This document shows positions 41,548-53,785 of a stretch of DNA of 64,000 nucleotides, in pieces; positions within the stretch are counted from its first letter, which is position 1; each line of letters begins with the position of its first letter. Both the position numbers and the translations under genes were made by a program. The notes under the pieces were generated by a model that saw only the letters and a program-made list of their open reading frames with translations, was not told the DNA's origin and searched no databases. Source of the DNA: Octopus sinensis (taxonomy: Eukaryota); contig NW_021833254.1 of NCBI RefSeq assembly GCF_006345805.1, forward strand, positions 1 to 64,000. The letters are read 5' to 3'.

Positions 41548-42032
41548 TAGTTTTATTTTTATATCGTGCTTTCACTTCACTACCGAGCGCAGCTCTGTGT
41601 GCCTTGGGTATGTGCTGTGATTCTTTGTGATGCTCTGATGGTTACTGTATTGAAAGTGTTCTGCGTAGGATGTGTGTAGTGCCTAGTAGTGCAATTTTCT
41701 GTATGTTATATGTGTTTGTAAGTCCTGGTGGTTTTGTTATGTATTTGTCTGAATATTTTTTTATCATGCCTAATGCACCTACTATGATAGGAATTGTTTC
41801 TGTTTTCAGGTTCCACATTCTAGTTACCTCTATTTCCAGGTCTTTGTATTTTGAGAGTTTCTCCATTTCTTTTAGAGACACGTTGTCATCTGCCGGTATT
41901 GATACATCAATTAGAAAGCATTTTTTTTCTTCATGATCTCTGACAACTATATCTGGTCTGTTGGCCTTAATTTCTCTATCTGTGAGTATCGGAATATCCC
42001 AGAGTATGGTTGCTTTCTCGTTTTCTGTGACC

Positions 42033-42035
<3 letters not shown>
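41545..42035 (-). mobile_element. R4/Dong family A 3' fragment (A3), hybrid of A4 and A2
   Basis: left part carries A4-type variants, right part carries A2-type variants and the A2 truncation point. Confidence 0.9.
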
Positions 42036-42118
<83 letters not shown>

Positions 42119-42120
<2 letters not shown>

Positions 42121-42718
42121 GTTTGACTTTTGCTTTATGTTTGTACAAGTTGGCTCCATGTCTCACCCAGACAGAGACTTCAAGAGACAACAGGCTGGAA
42201 GTTTACGTTGTTGTTATGCCTAGTGTGCCATATATTTGGGGTTTTTTTGGTGTTGTACAAGTGAATGTCTAATAAATAAATTTAAAAAGAAAAAAAAGTT
42301 TGTTTTAAACCTTGAGATTACATAGAGAGTATTTTGCGTAGGATATGAGCAGTTCCCATGAGCACTATCTTTTGAATTTCTGCCATTTTGGGGTTTCCTG
42401 GTATTTGAGTTAGGTAGCAAACAGCCCCTTTCGCTATCATTCCCAGGGCACCTATGACAACAGGTATTGTTTTAGTCTTCAGGTTCACATTTTGCTGATT
42501 CTATTTCAAGATCTTTATATTTGCTCAGTTTTTGGTAGGTCTTGACAAATACGTTTATATCGATTGGGACCGTCATATCAATGAAGAGGCATGTTCTTTG
42601 TCTGAAGTCTTTCAATATGATGTCTGGCCTATTTGCATCTATATTTCTGTCAGTTTGAATGGTGAAGTTCCAGAGGAGTGAGATGTGGTTATCTTCAAGC
42701 ACTGGAGGTGGATTGTGG
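42119..42718 (-). mobile_element. R4/Dong family B 3' fragment (B2), duplicate of B1
   Basis: same ends as B1; differs by a few 1-nt homopolymer indels and one substitution seen. Confidence 0.95.
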
Positions 42719-42791
<73 letters not shown>

Positions 42792-42815
42792 TTTATTTTT
42801 TTATTTTTTATCATT

Positions 42816-42888
<73 letters not shown>

Positions 42889-42891
<3 letters not shown>

Positions 42892-43035
42892 TCTTTATCA
42901 CAGGTTTTGTTGGAGCTCCTGGAGTTTTGCACCCGTAACGGGCTTACTACCTGCAGCCTGCGGTACCATGCTGTCCGTTCTTTTCAGCTACCTAATACTT
43001 TCCTGATTATTCTGGCCGTGCTAAGGAGGCAACTG
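42889..43035 (-). mobile_element. R4/Dong family C 3' fragment (C2), duplicate of C1
   Basis: identical to C1 by inspection. Confidence 0.9.
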
Positions 43036-43073
43036 TTGTTGTTGTTGTTGTTTTGTTATTATTATTATTATTA

Positions 43074-43138
<65 letters not shown>

Positions 43139-43141
<3 letters not shown>

Positions 43142-46100
43142 TAGTTTTATTTTTATATCGTGCTTTCACTTCACTACCGAGCGCAGCTCTGTGTGCCTTG
43201 GGTATGTGCTGTGATTCTTTGTGATGCTCTGATGGTTACTGTATTGAAAGTGTTCTGCGTAGGATGTGTGTAGTGCCTAGTAGTGCAATTTTCTGTATGT
43301 TATATGTGTTTGTAAGTCCTGGTGTTTTTGTTATGTATTTGTCTGAATATTTTTTTATCATGCCTAATGCACTATGATAGGAATTGTTTCTGTTTTCAGA
43401 TTCCACATTCTAGTTACCTCTATTTTCAGGTCTTTGTATTTTGAAGGTTTTTTCCATTTCTTTTAGAGACACGTTGTTATCTGCCGGTATTGATACATCA
43501 ATTAGAAAGCATTTTTTTCTTCATGATCTCTGACAACTATATCTGGTCTGTTGGCCTTAATTTCTCTATCTGTGTGTATCGGAATATCCCAGAGTATGGT
43601 TGCTTTCTCGTTTTCTGTGACCTTTTCTAGTGTGTGCCTATACAATCTTTTTTCTGTTGTTATTCCATAATGTTGGCATAGCTTCCAATGTATGTAGGTT
43701 CCAACTCTGTCATGTCTGTGAATATATTCCTTCTTAGCCAGGACTGGGCAGCCAGAGATAATATGATATATTGTTTCTTGTCCATCTCCACATATTCTGC
43801 AGTTATTTGTTATATTTCTTTTCATTACATGTTTTTGGTAATTTCTGGTGGGGAGGCTTTGGTCTTGTGCTGCAATTAAAAATCCCTCTGTCTCTGCTTT
43901 GAGTCCTGAGCTTCTCAGCCATTGCTGGGATTTTTCTTTGTCTGTTTCTTTTGCATTTAGTTTAGTCCAGTATTTACCATGAAGGGGATTTTCTTGCCAT
44001 CGTTTTACCATGGTTCTTTGTTGTTCTAGTTTTAGTTTGGATTTCATTTGTTTTATAGCTTTTGTTTCTTCTTCTTCTTCTTCTTCTTCTTCTTCTTCTT
44101 CTTCTTCTTCTTCTTCTTCTTCTTCTTCTTCTTCTTCTTCTTCTTCTTCTTCTCTTCTTCTTCTTCTTCTTCTCTTCTTTCTTCTTCTCTTCTTCTTCTT
44201 CATATTTATTAGGTGGCATGATTTCTTGTTTGTATTTGTCAGCTTCCTTAAATACTGAGAACAGTTTTTTGTTTTGCTCGTGTTTTGCCGCTATTTGTAT
44301 CAGTTTTCCTTCCTTCTGAAGTAGATATTTTTGCAGTCCTATGGTGGTTATTTTATAGTAGTTTTCCAGCTGTATAAGGCCTCTACCACCTTCTATACGT
44401 TGTATATATTGTCTTTCTATGTCAGATTTTGGGTGATGCATCCTAGACACTGTCAGTACTTTTCTTGTTTTCCCATCTATTTTGGTCAGTTCATTTAGTG
44501 TCCAGTTAAGGATATTGTAGCTGTAACTTATAACTGGGACAGCTAAAGTGTTAATATCTATTATCTTGTTTTTAGCAAAGAGCTCTATTTTTAGTATTGA
44601 TCTAACTCGTCTATAATATTCTTTTTTTATTTTCTCTTTCATTTGTGTGTGTTGTGTCTTATCTAGTTCATGGATTCCTAAGTATTTGTAAGTTTGGCTT
44701 TGGTCTAATTCTTTTATTTCATTGGTTTTTTCTAGTGTGATGTTACTCTTAACTATTTTCCTCTTTTCATGGTTACTTTGGCGCATTTTTCTAATCCAAA
44801 TTTCATATCTATTTCTTTGGTAAATCCATGAACTGTCTTTAATAGTGTTTCCAGCTGTTTGTCATTTGCAGCGTATAGTTTTAGGTCATCCATATATAAA
44901 AGGTGGCTGATCGTTTTGCCGTAACATTTATATCCGCATCCAGTTCTATTTAGCATATCAGATAGAGGTGACAGTGCCAAGCAGAAAAGGAGTGGAGGGA
45001 GCGTGTCTTCCTGGAATATTCCTCTTCTAATGGGGATGGCTTTGGTTTTCATGAGTTCCTCTTTTGTTTGGAGCTGTAGCACGGTTTGCCATTTATTCAT
45101 AGAGTGCCCTATGAATTTTATAAGGGTTGGTGCTACTTTGTAAATGGCTAGTGTTTCGAGGATCCATGTGTGGGGGATGCTATCAAACGCCTTATTGTAG
45201 TCGATCCAGGCCATACTGAGGCCTTTCTTCTTTCCTTGGCTGTCTTCAGTTATGGCTTTATTAATCATTAGTTGATCTTTACAGCCATATGAGCCTTTGC
45301 GGCATCCTTCCTGCTCTTATGAAAACAGGTGTTTTCGTCCAGGTGCTTGTTCAACCTTTGCGATATCACTGCAGTAAATACCTTGTATATTGTAGGGAGA
45401 CAGGTTATTGGCCTGTAGTTTTCTGGTTTAGCTGTCTCATTTGATTTGGGAATTAAGATGGTTTCCCCTTCGTGAGCAATTCAGGCATTGTCTCTGGCTC
45501 TGCTAGTATGCTGTCAAAGTTTTCAGCCAGCTTTTTGTGCATTCCTGTTAGATATTTCAACCAGAAGTTGGGGATCTTGTCATGCCCAGGTGCCTTCCAG
45601 TTGCTTAGTCTTTGCAGTGCCTGGGTGACCTCTTCAGTTGTTATGGGGGTCCAAAGTTGCTCAGATGCTGAGTTTGTTGTTTTGATACTTCTTTTTTTTG
45701 GTTGTTCGTTCGCCGACCATATTTCTCTCCAGAATTCTTCCACTTCTTCTGCCGTTGGTGCTGCAGTGGTTTCTATTTTATTTTTGCCAAGTTCTTGGTA
45801 AAACTTTTTGGGGTTGGAGTTGAACTTTTTGTTTTGTTCAAAGAAGCGCTGGCGTTTCTCGTACCGGTGGATCCTTTGTGCTCTGGCAAGGATATCTTGC
45901 TTCAGCTTTTCTTTTATCTCAGGTAAATCTTTTTCTGTGATGTTATATTTGCGGAGTATTTTTGTTTTCTTTTTGTTGCTTAGTAGCGTTGATTGTCTAC
46001 TGATTTCATTAAGAATCGACAGATCTTTTCTCATTTTTTGTATTTTGTTTTGGATGTTATTTATCCACAGGGTTTTTTTCGGTGGTGGTACTCCTGTTTG

Positions 46101-47331
46101 GATGGGTTTGAGTGAGTATCCAGCTTCTTTTGTGGCGGCAGTGGCTGCTGTGTATATTAAGTCATTTATCTCAGTGATATCGCTTTTTGTTTCAGTTGCT
46201 ATCAGTTCAGTGACGGCTAGGTTTATGCTGTTTATAATAGGTGTTGTTATTTCGTTTATTTTGATTCTTGGGAGGTATGGTCGGTGGTCCATTTTGAGCT
46301 CTGTGGTTTTCAGTTCTTTGATTATTTTACTTTTTATATTATCATAATCATTAGGCTCCCCTTTGTTGTTTCCAGGTTTTAGATTTGTGTCACTTTCTTT
46401 CTTATTTATATGTTTGTTTGCCGTGTTTTGGCTTGCTGTTTGTCGTGTATTATTACGCATCCTTACGGTCTGGGTTTGTTGTTTTTTATTTACATCGTGT
46501 TTGTTGGGAACGTTACGTTTGTCTTCGTGTTTTACTGTTTCAGTGTTTATATTAATGGCATCGTTGTGTGGCTTCTATCTACATTTTCCTGGTGTATTTT
46601 TTCTTTTAGATGTTCTATTTCTATTTCTGATATTTTTTTTGCGTTGAGAATGTATCTTCGTACGTTAGCTATTTTATTAGGGTTCATTGCTGTATCCAAG
46701 TCTATATCTATTTTATTTTCCTTTCATATTTTATATGTATGTGTTGTTTTGTTTACATTTTTGGGGTAGAGCACTGCTGTGAAGTATGCGTGTAGGATAG
46801 AAATGTATTCCTCACGTGTCCATTTATGTCTTTTGGGTTTTATTTGCGGTACATGAGGAACAACGTCCGGCCCATTACTTTGACGGTCGTCATTTTCGTT
46901 GGGTACCGGTCCGTTCATTTCTGTTGTCACATTGTTTTGCACGTGTAGTTTTTCGTACATTTTGAGTTGTAAGTTTAAAGTACGTACCTCCCGATTGTTA
47001 TTCTTGGGTTGAATAATATCGGTGGTATTTAATTTCTTCGTAGTTCCTTTGAACATGGTGTTTGGGGTCGGGCATGATCTGGTGTTGATAGATCGTAATG
47101 TTCCACGCATGTTTACATGTGTTGTGTTAGAGATGGAGATGATATCGAGTCAAAATACATCATTTCGTTTCGAAATTAGTAATAAATTTTAATGAGCATT
47201 ACTTACTCGGGTACAGTCCAATCCTTTGTTAGTAAATCTTTGGCTTCATACGATGTCCTTGTTTTCGATGTTTGTGGATAGATTTCAGAGCTCTGTTGTA
47301 TCGTTCTTTACATCTTAAACGTCCCCCATTT
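43139..47331 (-). mobile_element. near-full-length R4/Dong-clade non-LTR retrotransposon (A4): single RT-RLE ORF, disabled
   Basis: ORF pieces 46724-47110, 45453-46460, 44753-45268 (AWIDYNKAFDSIPH, RGIFQEDTL.PLLF, HLLYMDDLKLY), 43974-44786, 43502-44203 (CCHC, RHD, RPD) and the C-terminus to about 43236; (ATT)n at both ends; stops and frameshifts. Confidence 0.95.
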
Positions 47332-47341
47332 ATTATTATTA

Positions 47342-47409
<68 letters not shown>

Positions 47410-47423
47410 GTTATTATTATTGT

Positions 47424-47870
47424 TATTATTATTTCTGTGCGTTGGCTCTGCTTTGATATATGCAAGCCGTACGCTCGTTTCATCCAGAGAAGTCAAGCGA
47501 CATCAAAAGTTGCAAACAGATGAAGCCCTGCGCAGAAAAATAAACAACAAAAGAAAACAGAAATTGATGTCCCTTTGTTATAAAAAAAAAAAGAACTTTC
47601 CCTTTAGAAAGATTTATAATAAAACTGGAAAACCTAGCATTTGCATACTGAAGAAACTGCGTGAAATATGTGGGTTGCCATGGAAGTTGTTTGATCCTTT
47701 TGATCCAGGAACAACAACGGGAAATGTTGATGCTTTGAGATGCCGCATTCTCCGTGATTTCTATTTCCAACTCCTTATATTTGCTCAATTTCACAAACGT
47801 TTTCAGGGATCTGTTGTTGTCAGCTGAGGCTACAACATCTATCAAAAGAGATGGGTTTTGCCTATGGTAT
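47424..47870 (-). mobile_element. decayed R4/Dong-clade 3' fragment
   Basis: LLIDVVASADN..KLSKYKELEIEI; 3' end abuts (ATT)n at 47331-47423. Confidence 0.7.
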
Positions 47871-47984
47871 CCGTTCATCATCATCATCATCATCATCAAT
47901 AGCAGCAGCGACAGTAGCAGCAGCGGCAGCAGTAGCAGCAGCAATAGAATCGTCGCTGCTATCTCCACCACAATGAACAACCTC

Positions 47985-47985
<1 letters not shown>

Positions 47986-48016
<31 letters not shown>

Positions 48017-48180
48017 CTTCTTCTTCTTCTTCTTCTTCTTCTTCTTCTTCTTCTTCTTCTTCTTCTTCTTCTTCTTCTTCTTCTTCTTCTTCTTCTTCTT
48101 TTTCTTCCTCCTCCTCTTCTGTATCATCATCATCATCATCATCATCATTATCATCATCATCACCATCAACGCCATCATTA
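47986..48180. repeat. (TTC)n + (ATC)n microsatellite
   Basis: direct inspection. Confidence 0.95.
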
Positions 48181-48309
48181 TTGCCTTTGCACAGCTTCTA
48201 ACGCTGGAGATGTACTGCGCGGACAGAGAAACAAAAATCAAAAACCACTTAAACGGCAACAATATTTCCATTATGAATAACAACGACAACTATAACAAAC
48301 ATGTCCGGC

Positions 48310-48725
48310 AACACTTTGTTGGATTTTTCGGAGCGTTAGGTCAGCAACGGTCAAGGAATTTAGTGCCTCCTACTTCTACGGTATACAACGGCTCTCGGCT
48401 GGTATTGCGAAAGATCAATAATAGTAGCTGGGAAACAGGAAATAATGGGCAGTTGCACAAAGCAGAATCCTCCTGGTTTGGATGAGAGACCTCATTCGTT
48501 TTATGGTTATATGCCAGACTTGTTTGATGAACGTATACCGCAACTGGCAGCAGAACTGGAGAATTATGTTCTGTGAGGGGGAGGAAGTTAACGCTGCTGA
48601 GAAAGGTCGCAAATAAAGCGGGTATCGTAGATAATTTCCAACTCTAACCCAGCTAATAGCAGAATTAATGGTTTTCGTCAAGATGTTAGCAAAGAGATTG
48701 GGGTTTGTCGCAGGGGGTTTGGTCA
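48310..48725 (+). mobile_element. decayed Tx1/L1-clade ORF2 fragment (start of RT)
   Basis: manual translation across frameshifts gives PPGLD..SFY.YMPDLF, NWQQN, TLLRK..NK..IVDNF, KMLAKRLG.V.GGLV, resembling the SPG.DG / LLRK..NFRPI / LAKRL motifs of L1-type RTs. Confidence 0.6.
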
Positions 48726-48729
48726 ACGA

Positions 48730-49440
48730 CAACAATAACATACCCAGCGACGGCTGCCAAAGGCCCGTAGCTTTTTAAGATGGACATCTGTCTGGCACGT
48801 GTGGCCAAACTGATAAAGCTGGACAAAATGCGGACGGACATTGTCATTCACATCGAGGTTTTGGTAGGATCACAGAAAATAATCGGTTATTTATAAATGT
48901 GTTTCTATAAAAACAGAGCAGCTGGAGACGGATAGTGAGGCAGATGTGGAAGGTGCACTGAAAGAGATAATGTTCATCGATTAGCATATTTCGAGGGCAA
49001 AACAGTTTGCCAGCATTTCAGTGAAGTTCTAGCCGGCAAACAATCCCTGGTTCCCTGTCGGAGCGAAAAATAAGTGCTCCACTCATCGTATTTAGGAAGA
49101 AGGACGGTGAGGGTAAAGGTGTCAGGAATTTCCCCGGTGTTAAATTTATGGCGCATTTTAGTGTGTATCGTTTTAGAAGCGAGTGACAGCCACCTGCAGG
49201 TTTAGCGGACCTATCGTGAAAATTGGTCTGAGATCAGCGTGGAGGGGCTACTCCACATTAAACTAGACACGATCTACAAAATCTCAGACCTCATTCGCAT
49301 TCCAGGAAGAGAAGAACTACATGTTATGGTTGAAGGTACAAAGCCAGGGTACCACCTGTGTAGGGAGATAAGATACTTGAATGACTTCTGCCTCCAACAG
49401 AAGGCAAGAACCCCAGTTCTACAAAAGCATCAGCAAGCAA
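48730..49440 (+). mobile_element. probable decayed ORF1 (gag-like) fragment of a Tx1-like LINE
   Basis: SYLGRRTVRVKVSGISP and IRIPGREELHVMVEG.KP..HLC (degenerate lead-in to a zinc knuckle). Confidence 0.4.
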
Positions 49441-49725
49441 AACAATTACGAGCAATAACAAAAGCGGCAGCAATACCAGGGAAAATGGCATTATGAACAT
49501 AATTATATTTCTGTCTCAGTACAGAAATTTACGCTCAGGGACCAGCGAAAATATAAGTTGCGTGGTATCAGATCAAGCTGTTTTAATATATATAGGTACA
49601 TGTGACTCTTATTAAATGTGTTGAGAACCCTTTTCTTTCGTTTGACCACTCACTGGTGTGTACATATACATACAAACATGTATAAATATATATATGAATA
49701 TAAATGTTATATATATACTTCACGT

Positions 49726-49779
<54 letters not shown>

Positions 49780-49849
49780 CTCATATATATATGTACACAC
49801 ACACACACGCACACACACATATATATATATATTTATAGTTCTTTCGTGA

Positions 49850-51301
49850 ATCGGGCGACGCTTAGTAATCTTGAGTATAATACTTCACATCTCAATTCTC
49901 CTGTTCACTCAACTAGCGAATATATCAGGTAACCCATAAATTCTGTCCGAATTTTGAATAAAGAAAACAAGTAATCAAATGTTACATTTAATTGAAATTT
50001 AATCATCAATGATTATCTATGACGTCCTTCCATCTATTTACAAGCATTTTAATACCATGAATGTAAAACTCTTTTGGTTTCAATGCGAAGAACTCTGAAA
50101 TGTCAGTTTCGACCTCCTCCTGGCCTGCGAAAATTTTATCCCCCCAATTATTTTGTAAACTACGAAACAAATGGTAGTCTGAAGGAAAAAGGTCGAGAGA
50201 ATAAGGTGGATGAGGAATTTTTCCCCAATTAAGCTCTTCGATCTTCTATGATGTGATCTTTGCAGTGTGGGTCGCGCATTGTCCTGGTGAAACATAACTC
50301 CTTTACGATTCACTAAAGCGGGTCTTTTTTTCTTCAAAGCTTGGTTCAAACGTTCTAATTGCTGACAGTAGACTTGAGCATTGATTGTTGCATTAGGTGG
50401 TAACAATTCAAAGTGAATTATTCCTCTGCAATCTCTTCAGATAGAGAGGAGAATCTTTTTCCCATGAAGTTCCCTTCTCGATTGTGGTTGAGCCTTTTCC
50501 CTTTTACCAACCCACTGTTTTCGACGTTTAACATTTCGATAGAAAATCCATTTTTCGTCATCAGTCACAAGTCTATCCAAAAAAGGGTGAAATGAGTTTG
50601 TGAGAATGAAGAGAAGAGCAGGTGTCAACTCGGGATTTGCGGTTGCTTTTCATGAGACACCCATTTTCCAAGTTTAGGAACCTTTCCATTTTGTTGAATT
50701 ATGACGATGAAGAGTTGCATGATGTAAACTAAAATTTACTGCCAATTCTTCAACTGATAATGCAGGATTTTCTTCTAGTAATGCCTCAAGGAGCTTATCA
50801 TAAAACTCAACTGGACGTCCTGTTCCATCTTCATCTTCAAGGCTGAAATCTCCACTTCTGAATTTTTCAAACCATCTTCTGCAAGTTCTTTCTTTCAAGC
50901 ACTCTTTTCCATAAACTGAGTGTATCTTTTGAGCCGCTTCGGCTGCAGAGTTTCCTTTCTTGTGCTCATAAAGCATTATGCACCTCAAATGGTCTTTGGA
51001 TACTTCCATGTTAGAAAGGGTTTTAATAAAAGAAATTTTAAATCGATTATTCTGTAAACAAATATTTTATTAGTTTAAATGTACACAAATGTACAAAAAT
51101 AATTTTTAATTCCATTAAACATTCTAAAATAGAATTAAATTTCATTCAACCTTAAAAAAGGTAAAAATCGGACAGAACTTATGGGATGACCTGATAGTAA
51201 TCCTGCGACGGATCAGCGTCCCATCCAGGTGGGGAATTCATACGCCATTGAAACCGAGAAATTGGCCCTCAATAGCCTGGCATGGCTCGAGGAGGACACA
51301 T

Positions 51302-51305
<4 letters not shown>
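49850..51305 (+). mobile_element. SINE interrupted by the mariner (pieces at about 49850-49922 and 51197-51305)
   Basis: cctgttcactcaactagcgaat resembles the ccagtccactcagctggcaaaaat SINE core at 34259; the right piece gtaatcctgcgacggatcagcgtcccatccaggtgggg is read as its continuation from familiarity only. Confidence 0.5.
49925..51194 (-). mobile_element. full-length (1270 bp) decayed mariner transposon, Mos1/Hsmar1-like DD34D type
   Basis: TIRs tcaggtaacccataaattctgtccga (49925-49950) / tcggacagaacttatgggatgacctga (51168-51194); TA TSD at 49923-49924 and 51195-51196; HTH (RTCRRWFEKFRSGDFSLED..GRP), VTDDEKW, HQDNARP, HPPYS.DL.PSDYHLFRSLQ; frameshifts. Confidence 0.95.
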
Positions 51306-51361
<56 letters not shown>

Positions 51362-51370
51362 ATATATATA

Positions 51371-51865
51371 TAAACAAATCAAATTGCGATAAAATAAAAA
51401 TAATTATAATCGCTGGTATTACTAACACAAGCCATATATTTTTCATATATCAGTACATTAAGGCGAAATACGTGCTAGGAATACAGAAGCTTGATAAATT
51501 AAGTGAAATGAAGATAAAAACATTTACTAAACCGGTAATTCTCAGACTGCAGTTTCTTTCTTTTCAGCAATAAAGATAATTTATTTGCCCAGGGAGAATT
51601 CTTCAGTGAGACCCTGTTTTTCTGGGATCCTAACTCACTAGAAGCATGTGCGTCTAATGATTTACTCTCCCTAACTAATCATATCACTGCGCAGACTCCG
51701 AACGTCCCGACAACACTAGGGAATTCTGGTATATCGCCTGGCGCTCATAATTTATCGAGAAATATGTAAACAAATCAAATTGCGATAAAATAAAAATAAT
51801 TATATCGCTGGTATTACTAACACAAGCCATATATTTTTCATATATCAGTACATTAAGGCGAAATA
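51371..51865. repeat. 100-bp direct repeats enclosing 296 bp of unique sequence, between two (TA)n tracts
   Basis: 51371-51470 equals 51767-51865 apart from a 1-nt indel. Confidence 0.9.
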
Positions 51866-51885
51866 TATATATATATATATATATA

Positions 51886-51928
<43 letters not shown>

Positions 51929-52117
51929 TATATATATTATATATATATATATATATGTATATAATATATATATATATATTATATATATATATATATTGTT
52001 ATATTAACAGTGTTTATTTTATAGTTATTTCACAATTATGATGCTGTGATGCTAGGTGTTTCAATTATATATATAATTATATATATATATAGTTATATAT
52101 AATATATATAACTCCTG

Positions 52118-52177
<60 letters not shown>

Positions 52178-52859
52178 TATGTATATATGTATATATATGT
52201 ATATATGTATATATATGTATATACGTATATATATGTATATATATGTATATATATATATATGTGTGTGTATATATATATATATATATATGTGTGTGTATAT
52301 ATATATATATATATTCATATATATATATATATAGCTAACTATGCACTTATTTCTTTAGTTATAAACATAGATGAAACATAAGTATGTACAATGACTTCGA
52401 AGAACCTTTAAGGAGAAGGTTTGGTTGTCGTCATTGTAGCGAGAGTTTTGTGTGTGTGTGTGTGCGAGTGTGTGTGTAGGGGGTGGAGTAAGCGGGATGT
52501 CAAGAAATCGTTTTGCTAATGTAATATCGCGATTGTATAGATTTCGCTTACCATTTGCTGATATTTGAAACCTTAAATATTATCTGTTTTACAAAACGAG
52601 ACCCGAACCAATACTTATAACAACAACAACCACAACAACAACAAAAACAGCAACAACAACACCACCAACAACATCAATAACAATAATGGTAACAGCGTTA
52701 GTAATAAAAATAACGATAATGGCAATGATAATAGTAGATCCTACAATAAATTTTTGTTTATTCTCCACTCAGGATTCACGGAAATACATTGGGGTTTCAT
52801 GAATAGAAGTGTATGAACAGTGAATGTGATGATAAAATAATTTGTAACAACAAAAGTTT

Positions 52860-53785
52860 CCCTAAAAGGGGCAACATTCCTAGGGTTTCTCGTGGAGACA
52901 CCACAAAACCAAGGTCACTTTGACCACTAGTGCAAACGCCCTCTCCATATTGTTTACCTTTAGCCTACAGAATTGGCCTGTTCACTCGTACCATTTTTGT
53001 GACATTCATCCACCTTTCAATAAACTTGCTGGGTGGTAGTATTTCCCTCACTACCTTGGCCTTCCTTTTCAAACGATGCTTGAAACAATTGATGTGGGCT
53101 TGGCCAAAGAGGAGCGTATCTGTCTTCAGTTCTTTGAATCTGGTCCAGCACACAACCTCTTTCGCCGAAGCTACCAGACAGCGAAACAGTGCATTCCCTT
53201 TGCAGCAAAAGGAAGGCGGCGGGACAATCTTCACAGTGGATTCAGCCGATAGCCGGATCCGTTCTGAACATGACAACAGCTATTTGATATTAATCCACAA
53301 GCCAGCAATTCTCGGAAACTGGAAGAGATGGGGATGGGGGTTTCCTCGTTCTGCGCGCAGCCCGGATAACCCCGGCTGACAGTGCTTCTATACCTGTAGA
53401 GTTTATCCCGAACCGACAATGCTCCCGAGTAGTATTCCCAGACTAGGGATTTCTGGAAGTTCTCCATGGATACCAATCCGGAAGTCCTCCGGAACAGATC
53501 AACCAGTTGATTCTCGTTTTGCAGAGAGCGTCGTTGCACTTGCCCGCCACTAACCATCTATAGAGCGCCAAAATAGAACTCCCACCGACCGCATTGCCCG
53601 TCTAACAGCGTACTGTGAGCGCCTTACGATATTCTAGGTGCCAGGCACCCTACCTCGGTCTACGTTTGATCCATGATTGACGTTCAGTCAAACAGACGAA
53701 CTATGAAAACTCCTGTCTGACAAACGGCGACCACACCTGTTCACTGTCCTAGAAGCGCAGCAGATGTCGTAGCCTCAGCGCCTGT
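52860..53785 (-). mobile_element. Tx1/L1-clade LINE 3' fragment, related to 10205-11785
   Basis: QALRLRHL, ENFQKSLVWEYYSGALSVRDKLYRYR, RIRLSAESTVKIVPPPSF, AKEVVCWTRFKEL. Confidence 0.85.

Noticed and set aside
47110-47331. Possible HDV-like ribozyme in the 5' leader of the full-length element (also examined 56540-56640 and 58973-59030)
   Set aside because: I could not assign P1/P2/P3/P1.1 pairings by eye; this needs a descriptor or covariance search.
47754-48485. 243-aa ORF with a non-repetitive C-terminal part
   Set aside because: The N-terminus is microsatellite, and the rest overlaps a decayed Tx1-like RT fragment read in other frames.
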